A stretch of 64,000 nt of DNA from Candidatus Poribacteria bacterium (lineage in GTDB: Bacteria > Poribacteria > WGA-4E > PCPOR2b), in the NCBI GenBank assembly GCA_965215015.1, contig OZ244042.1, forward strand, positions 3,872,001 to 3,936,000, written 5' to 3'. The notes beneath the pieces are model-generated. The model searched no databases. It was not told where the DNA came from and saw nothing but the letters and a program-made list of their open reading frames with translations. This document shows positions 30,082-39,900 of this stretch, in pieces. How positions within the stretch are numbered: position 1 is the stretch's first letter; each line of letters opens with the position of its first letter. The translations under genes and the position numbers were made by a program.

Positions 30082-30636
30082 TTAACCTCCGATATCCTTT
30101 ATCATTTCAATGAGATCTGAATACACTAGATTGCCCTCGTCATCTTTCATGCTGTACCATTCGGGTACGCGTCCCACTTCTCGGTATCCAATTTTTTGAT
30201 AGAGCCGAATCGCAGCCTCGTTCAGATGCCAAACATGTAGGTAAATCCGTCGCAAACCGAGTTTTCGACCTTCCGCCTCCAAGAGCAGCATCATTTCTCT
30301 GCCTAGTCCGCGTCTGCGATACCTCCCGATGATTTTTATCCCCAGCGTTCCCATCTGATGGGCAGTGTCGAGTTGTAGGCTTCCCTCCCCAATAATCTGT
30401 CCCTCCGTTTCTATTAAGAGATGAGAGCGTTTTCCGGTTTCCAAATCGACGAGGATCCCACCCAACCTCTCACAGCCCTTGGCGAAACTCGTTCGCGCGT
30501 GGTATGCCATGACCCGCTCTTGATGCAAGATATTGCACATCTCAACATACGCAGGGACATCCTGCCATCGTGGATGGCGAAAGGTAACTGTTTCACCATT
30601 GTTTTGGACTGTCCTAATGATTTGACCTTCTTTCAC
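30082..30636 (-). CDS. GNAT family N-acetyltransferase
   Basis: YRRRGLG acetyl-CoA motif, NEAAIRLYQKIGY. Confidence 0.9.
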   Translation of the reverse strand: MKEGQIIRTVQNNGETVTFRHPRWQDVPAYVEMCNILHQERVMAYHARTSFAKGCERLGGILVDLETGKRSHLLIETEGQIIGEGSLQLDTAHQMGTLGIKIIGRYRRRGLGREMMLLLEAEGRKLGLRRIYLHVWHLNEAAIRLYQKIGYREVGRVPEWYSMKDDEGNLVYSDLIEMIKDIGG

Positions 30637-30806
30637 CTGAACGCCTCCATCAAATTCTGCTCATACGATACAAAATGAAACGTGAACGGATTACGCGTTA
30701 CACTTAGATTTGGGGGTATGTTAATTTAACGTAAATTGCTACTTAATAGGGAGAGCATCAACTGTTACGGATTTAATGTGCCTATATGGCAGTGGAAATG
30801 GACAAA

Positions 30807-31172
30807 AAGGTAACGTGCAATGAATTGCACTACTACGAACCAGTGGCCGCAATTACGTGTAAGGTAACGTGCAATGAGTTGCATTACGACGAACCGGTGC
30901 TCGCAATTACGTGCGAGATAACGTGCAATGAATTGCACTACGACGAACCGGTGCTCGCAATTACGTGCGAGATAACGTGCAATGAATTGCACTACGACGA
31001 ACCGGTGATCGCAACTACGTGCGAGATAACGTGCAATGAATTGCACTACTACGAACCGGTGGCCGCAACTACGTGTAAGGTAACGTGCAATGAATTGCAT
31101 TACTACGAACCGGTGTCCGCAACTATGTGCGAGATAACGTGCAATGAATTGCACTACTACAAACCGGTGATC
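30807..31172. repeat. Tandem array of ~7 x 54-bp units, each with a GTGCAAT-GA-ATTGCAC hairpin
   Basis: Units start at 30807, 30861, 30915, 30969, 31023, 31077, 31131; a solo copy lies at ~41541-41598. Confidence 0.95.
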
Positions 31173-31286
31173 GAGGGGGGGGGGCAGCGCAGTGGCAATC
31201 CTGATTTATCGGGGGTGCCTGACCTACGGGTATGTGTGCAGGTTACGGCATACGGCGTATGCCTACTGCTAGCGGCCTCGGTTAAT

Positions 31287-32339
31287 TTAATCTGCCACAT
31301 CACCGAAGTTTTCAATGCTGGCAGGCAGCTTGCCATCGGGTAGATAGAATTCGTCTTGGATGTTTACAGGCACCGGTTGATGGGTCCGCATTGATTCGAG
31401 TGCCTTCTCAAAGATGAGCGTTGGCACGCAAGCTTCCCACGCATCCATCGGGCTTGGACCGCCCTCAAGGCACAATCGGGCGAACATACCCATTTCCTGG
31501 TCGAAGCCGTTATGATACTCGTTGTGCTCGATGCCGGGCTCGTCAGTGCCTTGGAACACAAGGTTTCCGAAGCGAATCGTTGCCGCACTTACGGATCCAG
31601 CCAGGACCTCGGCGTAGTGTTTGGGGAGTGCACCGCCGCTGCCGACAGTGCTGAAAACGGAAGTTCCAATCCCGCCGTTGGCGAAGCGAATAATGATTGT
31701 GCTGGTGTTTGTCGGTTGCCCGTCGTATCCCATGGCAAGAATCTCCGCCGGTTGCGAACGCATAACATGCCAAATCCAGTGGAGATTGTAGCCGGAATTG
31801 TCAAGGATACCGTCGCGGCCGTAGGGGCCTTCGGGATCGTTCGGTTTTTCGTAAGAGACGCGGCAGGTAAAGAGGGTATAGTACGGGTGAGGGATGACCT
31901 CGCGCAGCCGTTTCGTTACCGGCGAATGCTTGAACCACCAACCGCTCATCAGTTGCACCCCTGACTCATGCACAGCTTTCTGAACCCGTCGCCCCTCATT
32001 TAGCGTCATCGCCAACGGCTTCTCGGCAAAGATATGTTTGCCTGCGGCACACGCTTTGATCACGATGTCTGCATGGGTATCGTGGGTTGAACAGATGAGC
32101 ACGGCATCGATATTGGGGTCGGAGAGTATACGGTCAAGGTCGGTTGTGTAGTAGTCTGCGTTCCCTTCTTCAGCACGGACACGTGCGCCGACCCGTCGTC
32201 CGTCTCGGCGCACTCCCTCCTCGATGACATCCATTGTGGCAACGAGACGTATCTCCGGCGTTTTCAGGATGTTTGGTATATGAGCACCACTGATTCCACC
32301 ACATCCGATGATTGCAACGTTCAGCTGTTTTGCCATCAT
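31287..32339 (-). CDS. Gfo/Idh/MocA family oxidoreductase
   Basis: VAIIGCGGIS, AGKHIFAEKPLA. Confidence 0.9.
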   Translation of the reverse strand: MMAKQLNVAIIGCGGISGAHIPNILKTPEIRLVATMDVIEEGVRRDGRRVGARVRAEEGNADYYTTDLDRILSDPNIDAVLICSTHDTHADIVIKACAAGKHIFAEKPLAMTLNEGRRVQKAVHESGVQLMSGWWFKHSPVTKRLREVIPHPYYTLFTCRVSYEKPNDPEGPYGRDGILDNSGYNLHWIWHVMRSQPAEILAMGYDGQPTNTSTIIIRFANGGIGTSVFSTVGSGGALPKHYAEVLAGSVSAATIRFGNLVFQGTDEPGIEHNEYHNGFDQEMGMFARLCLEGGPSPMDAWEACVPTLIFEKALESMRTHQPVPVNIQDEFYLPDGKLPASIENFGDVAD

Positions 32340-32347
32340 TCCCCTCC

Positions 32348-33277
32348 TTATTCGCCTGCTTCCACCTGTTGAATAAGTGGTTTGATTTTGTCAAAATTGA
32401 TTCGCATCGCGTCCGCGCCGGAGCCACTCGGCGGCCGAAAGTGGGTGGCGACAGCAAAAACCACATCGCAGCGGTGATCACGCAGATTTCGCAGCACCGT
32501 TGGGTAATCAACATCGCCTTCACCCAGCGGACAGTATTCAAAATTGAGTTTCAGCCCATCGAGGACTTGTAGGTCTTTCACATGGAGCGAATGGAGGTAG
32601 GGACGCACATTAATAAAGCCTGCGGTCGCTGAATCCGATTCACCGGCGGTCAGGTTGTCGGACGGGTGCCACATAATCTTGATTCGCTTGGAGCCGACTC
32701 GTTCAACCAGTTCCCGGCAGTGGTGGGTCGTGTTGGTATAGTGCCAAGGAAGATTGCCGAGTACAACATCGATATCGTGTTTCTCCGCCTGCTCCGCTAC
32801 GAGCGAAAAGGCTTTGACCAGCTTTTCCATGTCAATGTCGGCGATGATACCGCCTCGCGTTAGCCAGCGCATAGGCCAAGTTGGTTTGCTAGCAGAGTAT
32901 TCGCCGGGCCATGCGAAAGTGTACGATAGCACCGAATCCACGCCGAGCCGGTTAGCAACACCCATTGTCTGAATCAGGTGGTTGAAATCAGCTTGAAACT
33001 CTGGATGGTCTTGTAGCGTTTCCAATTCCAGATCTTCGAGATGCAATTTACTAAAGGCACCCGCGGCACCGATCATGAATAGCTCGACCCGATGCCGGGC
33101 TGCCTGTTCACCCATGTTATCAACTGCAGCATCGGTAATCTCGCCCTCGAGTGCCCAATCTAGGAAGCCAAACCATCCATATTTTACGCCGAGTTCCTCA
33201 GCGAGGGCAAGTGCCTCGACGTAAGGTAAGCCTGTCATCTGCAGGTCCATTCCAACTTTGAAGCGATAGTCAGTCAT
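32348..33277 (-). CDS. Sugar phosphate isomerase/epimerase (xylose isomerase-like TIM barrel)
   Basis: SLHVKD, PLGEGDVDYP motifs; co-oriented with the Gfo gene, 8-nt gap. Confidence 0.8.
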   Translation of the reverse strand: MTDYRFKVGMDLQMTGLPYVEALALAEELGVKYGWFGFLDWALEGEITDAAVDNMGEQAARHRVELFMIGAAGAFSKLHLEDLELETLQDHPEFQADFNHLIQTMGVANRLGVDSVLSYTFAWPGEYSASKPTWPMRWLTRGGIIADIDMEKLVKAFSLVAEQAEKHDIDVVLGNLPWHYTNTTHHCRELVERVGSKRIKIMWHPSDNLTAGESDSATAGFINVRPYLHSLHVKDLQVLDGLKLNFEYCPLGEGDVDYPTVLRNLRDHRCDVVFAVATHFRPPSGSGADAMRINFDKIKPLIQQVEAGE

Positions 33278-33459
33278 CAGTTATTATCTCCTATCTTGAG
33301 GCATAGTCCTAATGCTGAAAAGGTATCCATGAAAACTTGTCGAACGGAAACAGGATAACCGATTTTGCGTTATTGGGCAAGGAATTTCTAAGGATTGGGA
33401 GAACGGAAGCGTGGAAAGAATCTGTTTCTCCCCTCCGTCCTTTCCTTCCCTTGTTTCCT

Positions 33460-33775
33460 CCGATCTGGATTGATTAGTGGACAGAGGGCCAGGTTATGCG
33501 CTGCGCCCGTGGCAAACATCTGTTCAAATCCAGATCCGTCCAACCAATTCTCGATTGGCGTATCCGTCGGATAGATACGAAATCCACGGACACCCTGCTC
33601 GGCAAGTTGTAGCATTGTTTCATCCGCTCTTTCCGCCTCCCAATCGACGATGGCGATACCTGAAAAAACGCCCGGATACCTTTCCATCACATCAAGCATG
33701 TAGGTGTTATCAAAAGGTCTTGGGGTTCATATGAGGGGCCAGCAATACGGCTTCCAGTCACCCAAGAATATGATT
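33460..33775 (-). pseudogene. Fragment of an amidohydrolase_2-family gene
   Basis: FDNTYMLDVMERYPGVFSGIAIVD...GVRGFRI...LALCPLINPD then loss of homology; N-terminus frameshifted. Confidence 0.65.
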
Positions 33776-33850
33776 TCATTAGTTGGTTTTCCAAAATCGA
33801 TAGCCTGCATCGAGCTCTGAATCTCGACCAACGGTGTTTATCATTGGTAC

Positions 33851-33894
33851 AAAAAAAACTGCTAAATGCCTCGTTGCGAGGAGGCATTTAGCAG
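33851..33894 (-). terminator. Strong intrinsic terminator of the giant protein gene
   Basis: 14-bp stem CTGCTAAATGCCTC/GAGGCATTTAGCAG followed by T8 on the minus strand. Confidence 0.85.
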
Positions 33895-33923
33895 CTATGT
33901 TAAGTGAATGTATAGTGTGGACG

Positions 33924-36900
33924 TTACTTCAGAATCAGCATCTTACGGGTTGCAGAGAAGTCTCCTGCACTCAGGCTGTAGAAGTAGATGCCACTGGCTA
34001 CCTGTTCACCGAAACGGTTTCGCCCGTCCCAGTAGATGGCTTTGGCTCTCGACTCATACACCGCTGCCATCTGATGCCCCATATCGAGGGTTCGCACCAC
34101 CAGACCGGTGCTATCGTAGATGGTCAAGACGACATCCGCATCTGATGCTAACCGATACGGTATCCACGTTTCGGGGTTGAATGGATTGGGATAGTTGCGA
34201 AGTAGCTCCGTCTCTGACGGAATCTCATAGGCGATGAGGTCTGCCAACTCAATACGAGTGGCTTTCACATCGTCAACCGTAACGATATGACGCACCGGCT
34301 GGACACCGATTAACGGACTCGGTGAATCGGCTGAAATCTCCAGGACATCCCCAACCTGTGCCGCATGACCGATTTTCAGGTCAACAAAGGTCATGTTGTA
34401 GCCTGTTGCTGTCTCTGCGGAGGTCACCCGGTTGAGTGCGGCTTTGGTGGAGAGATTCTTCACCTTGACCCGGAATCCGTCCTGCGCCACTCCGGTGCTC
34501 TCATCAACGACTGAACCGTTGACATCCAGGACGGGGGTTTGGCCGGCAACCTGATGGTTAACCAACGCGATAGGGGCAGCCGCTGCTGTGTCCTGACTCC
34601 AACCGGTTCCGATAAGTGCAGCGGTTGCATCGGTGGTTGCTGTGACCAGATAGGCAGCATCGCCCATGACCGGTCCATCATTTACATCCCCTGCCGCTGT
34701 AACTGACTTGTATCCATCCGCCGTTGAAACAACGACACTGGTGACAACGCCGGTAGCAAACAGCGCGGCAATGTCGCTGACATTGGTCAGTCTCGCATCG
34801 TTAACGGGTAGACCGATGAGGTTAGAACCGGCGGTGAGATTGATGGTTGATGCGCCGTCGTCCCACGCATACCCGGTGAAAGTCACCGTCGCTTCGGCAC
34901 TCATTGAAAGGAGGATACCCAGGTCTGCGGTAATCGGTACATCGTCGCTCCGACTATTCCATAAATCGGTTGCGCTATCATAGACGATGAGCAGATTGGC
35001 GTCGCTGCCGAGCATCTCTCGGAGGTCGCCTACGGTGTTGAGCCCCTCAACTGCCAACGGGACGTGGAACAGGCTTGTCCCCGCCGGTATCTGCGAGGTA
35101 TAGGACAGTTGGTTGTCCAACGTAACCATCGCTGTGCCGCTGCCGCTGTTGCCGGCGGCGTCGATCGCGGTTACGGTGATGGTTTTCGAGCCATTGATGG
35201 CTGTGTTATCTTCACTGACAACGACTGAGGCACTGTAAGCACCATCGGTCCCCATCGTCAGAGCGACCCCATCGGTTTGGGTGGTGTCCAAGGTAGAGAC
35301 GTCCGCCATCACGGATGTGATGCTGCTCGCGTCGGAGACGGTCGCAGAGATTTCCACCGGCTCACCGTTGGCAATGGTCTCAGGAGATGCCATCGCCATC
35401 ACGGTCGGCATTGTGCTGTCAAGTGTCAACGCATTGGACACCATCACACTTTGACCATTCAGACTGACAGAGACATCATACATACCATCGGGGTGCTGAT
35501 CAGCCACGACGGTAAACGACCCGCTGTAGGCACCGCTCGAGACTTCTGCCATCGAGTGGTCGGTGACAATCGAACCGACGGAGAACATCACGGTTCGGCC
35601 TGCCGTGCCCATGGCACTGACGGTGACCGTATCCCCCGCCATAGCCAGTGCAGGTTCAATGGTGACGCTGCCTTCGGTAATGGCTATCACAGAGGTTGTG
35701 ACCGTCACCGGCTGGCTCGCCATCGTCAGTCCCGGTGCTGTTGCGGTAATCGTTGCGATCCCGGGTGTCGAATCTTGATAGTAGACCATCGCTGAGACCT
35801 CGCCGCCTGCAACGGTCACGGTGATGCTCTCGGTTCCCGTCCCTTCAGCGAGCTCAGAGAACGTGCCCGCGGAGCTGGAGGTCAGGGTGACCGACACATC
35901 GGAGACCATCGCCACCTCATGCCCCTCGGCATCTCTCAATCCAACTGTGATACCTAACGGCATCGCGCCGTCGTCGGCAGAAACCGTGCCGGCACTGCTC
36001 AGTGTGAGTTGGGTCGGCGTCGAGTCTTGGACGCGCACCGAAACATTGGAGTTTACCCGTTGACCATCAAACAGCATGACGAATTCAGAGACCTCACGGT
36101 TGGCTGGGGCGTCGGCATTTTGGTAGGTGAAGATAATTTCATCACCCGCTTCGACCTCAAGCCCCCCTAATTTCACACGCGCCACCATGTCTCGACCGAC
36201 CGGTGTCAGTTTCTCGACACTCACCGTCGTCGTAACACCCATGTGCCGGTGCGCAACGGTGTAGGTTCCCTTATTTTCAGGGTCCATCGGCGCACTGCTC
36301 GGCGCAGTCCAACCGGGGGGCACCTGCACCCGGAACTCCCGCGGCGCGTTGACGAGGCCGACAGCAGTGTAGGTAAAGGTCAGGTTCACCCCTGTCGCAC
36401 CGGCGTCTACAATCCTCGGTGCGACCTCACCGGAACCGGCACCCCGTCTCGCCTCGTCGACGTCGACGGTCAGCATGGTCTCATCGCCGGAGACATCGTC
36501 AAAATCATCGGCTGCATCGCCCCCGTGGACTCCAACCGCAAAGGCGACACCGGTGCCCACGTTGGGCTGCACATCACCTGTATAGACAAAGGTCACCGTC
36601 CCGTTGGCACTCAAGTTGACGCCTTCGACGATAGCCATTTGACCACTAAAGGTGGGGGCGATTGCGGGTGTAATCGTCACCGTATCCGCGGTCGGTGCAG
36701 ACCAACCGGCGGGGACCGCGAGCCGCACCTTGCCACCGACCATTTGACCGGCTGCCGTGTAGGTGACGGTCAGCTCCCTGCCGGTATCACCGGTATGAAG
36801 CGACCCCTCCCCATCGGTTATGGCAATGACGGCTTTGCCTTTACCACTGGCTTGCGGGTTGACTGTGACGGTCGGCTGCGTTCGAATCGGTGCCAGGTTA

Positions 36901-39900
36901 CCGCTTTCACCGCCCCGAACCGCAAACCGAAACGCATCAACCCCGGTCGTGGCAGAAGCCACCGCACGCCCTGCATCGGTCGCACCGTAGGTAATCTTTA
37001 TATCATTGGCTTTGTCAAGCGAGAAGATAGGCACGGTCACAGAGAATTTATCATCGTCCGCTACGCTGCCAAGTCCCACACCCTCCACCTCAGTATACCC
37101 CGGTAGACTGACCTCTTCGACCTGCGGTTGACTCCAGCTCGATGGGACGGTGAATTTCAGCTCCCCATCTTCAATTGTCTGACTCGGTTTGTAGGTAAAC
37201 ACCAATACCACATCGTCGGACGCTGCACGGACGGAGGAGGTATCCAATGTAACCGTTCCCGTCCCGTCCAACGCGCTCGTCACTTTGACTTGTAAGATAC
37301 CGGCGGCATCTTTATAAATCTTCTGGGTCTTGTCCGGGTTTCTTATCTTCTCCCGGCCGGTGTGTTCCAAGTCGCTCTCAATAGCCTCGAAAACGCCGTC
37401 GCCGTCCCCATCGGATCTAATCACGAACTGGGCGGTGCCAACATTGTCCTGAACCTCCGCACCGACAGCGGCACCGGTGCCACCCCCATAGATAAATCGG
37501 AAACTCCCTCCTTTGGCAAGCGTATCGATGGTCGCTATCGCGTAACGATCGGCTATCTCCACGGCGGAGACCCCCGCGCCGCGCGTCGTCACATAATTCC
37601 GCTGGGTCGGGTCATTCTGCATCGACCCCCAACCGTCTGGAATTTCAAGACTCACGGCCCCGCCATCCATCGTGCCGGCTGCGGTGAACACGACCTCAAT
37701 CGCCCGATTGCTACTCCCTGCCTCAATCGTCCCCGGCGATAGCACGGCTGCCCCCATACCGTCTTCGACGTTGCTCAGCGTGACCGTGGCGGTCCCAGCG
37801 GTCCGGGTGCTGGCACCCCGTGACGTTCTAAAGGTGCCAGCCACTTCGACCGCACCGGCGGCATGATGTAAGACTGCTTTACTATCATCGGCAGCACCAT
37901 ACGTAATCGTGACGGATTCATCGACATCGAGCCGACCGATTGCCACGGTGATGGTGCGACCGGAGAGGGTTATCTGATCCGCACCAATACCCCCGGCACC
38001 CCCGCTCTTTAGTGCCTCGCCGGAGACGGCCACCTCACCGGCGGTCGCGTCTGCCTTGGTCGGTGGACTGAAGCCCAAAGTGGACGGGATGGTCAACCGC
38101 ACCTCGCCGTCCCGTATGGGGGTCGAATCCGCTATAAACTTGAAATTGATAGTCGCTTTACTTCCGGCACGGAAAGTGTCGTCACCATCAACTTCAAATC
38201 GAACCGCATCGCCTGAGGTCTTCACAACCGAGAGGATGGGACGATCATCAATGTCGGTCGTTTCGTCGTTGGCAAGTTTCGTATCATTAACCATCACACC
38301 CCATTCATACTCGTCGGCTTCTGCGAGGATATTGACCCTACGGATTTTAGCGGTCACGGTTTTCCCTTTTTCAAGGTCGAGACCTGACCACTCAAGGGTA
38401 TCCCCGTCGTTTACCACTAACCCTTCAGAACCCGAAACATACCCATAGTCCGTCGAGGTATCGGTTTGGAGTTTCTGATCATCATCGAGAACAATGCCCT
38501 TCGGCTCAATCGTTATCGTGGCATCCTCAAGATCGGTGTAGGCTTCATACGTCAGGTCGATATCTCTCCGTTGAGAACCCGCCTCCACAGACGCAGGAGA
38601 CAAGTCCAACTTACCAGAACCCGCCTTAGCAACCCACACCCCACCACTGACTTCTACAGAGGCGTACGTACCAGTACTGACCTTCACGGCGTACCTACGA
38701 ACAGTGGTCCACGCGGTGATATCGGCATCAGCACTGGAACCAATAGCGGCTGCACGAGTATACGAAACAATAATTTGCTGACCCGTATCAAGCTTGGCAA
38801 TAGGGATAGTTAGCTTCGCGGGAGCCGTGGCCGTACCCTCATCAACAGTCCAAGGAGTGGGGTCTGTGGTGTCGTCTAAGGTTGCCCCGCCCCTGGGTTC
38901 CACATTAAAATCCGCCTTCACGGGGGTGTCCTGTGGCCCTAAATGTGCCATATCTGCGCCTTCGGGGCCAAATAATAACTCTAGGGAACTGTTGTGCATC
39001 GGCCCAGGAGCTGTGAAGGTGAGAGTGAATTCGGTATTTTCCTCACCCGAAAATACCCGCCCCGGTTCAATTGTCAGCTTTCTTTTGAGAGGGTCACGGT
39101 CGGTACCCCCTTTAATATTGCCAACCCTGACAACCGGAGGACTGGGTAACAGACTAAGCACATCATTCCGGGTACTCTCACTACATAGGAATTCATACTC
39201 AGCATGCGCAGCATAATCGTCCGTAGCAGCCTCATCCAGACGAGAAGGAATCGGAGCCGTTACATCACCCAATTGGATGATGAGGTCTCTATTAAACCGT
39301 TGGGGACCCCACGCCGAATCGAGGGCGACGGTTATCCGCTTGTCCGCTTCAAAGTCCACCCTATCCGTATCACTATCTGCTGAGACGGCGCCCTCTCCAT
39401 TCGTTTCGTATATTGTTACCGGACCATCATCACCCTCCTCCATGACCGATAGAAACTTGTTAGACACCTCCCAATCGGAGGGAAACGCTATCCGAAAGCG
39501 TCCATCAGACAGGTTATCAGCCGTGGGTCTGTAGGTAAATTTCAGAACGTTCCAATAACTGCCAGCAGCAAGCGGAAGCGTGCTGTCAGTAGCAACAGTA
39601 ATATCCGGAGGCTCCTCGTCAGCCGTTTCTCGGAAACCCCAACCTACTTGGACACTTGCACCGCCCCGGACCTTTATAGAAAGGGTGTCGGCGTCGGGGT
39701 CTCCCACTCTGCTTCTTGTAATATACGAATCAGCACTTTCACGTGGTTCTAGTACTGGGCCGAATCCATGTGATCCATATACGGGTGCCTTGTTATTCGG
39801 GACAAATACCGTTATTTTGGTGTCCGGGAATTCGTTTTGCGGCACGTCCATCGTAACATCTATCTCTTTCGCCCCACCAGTATGATAAGCGGCCGGGAGC

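Noticed and set aside
30807-31172. CRISPR array
   Set aside because: The would-be spacers are near-identical between units and no cas genes are present; it is a tandem repeat
30765-31343. ORFs 30786-31343(+) and 30765-31154(-) as genes, e.g. a multicore RiPP precursor
   Set aside because: Open frames follow from a stop-free 54-bp unit; no clear SD or modifying enzymes nearby, and the + ORF overlaps the next gene. Kept only as an alternative hypothesis
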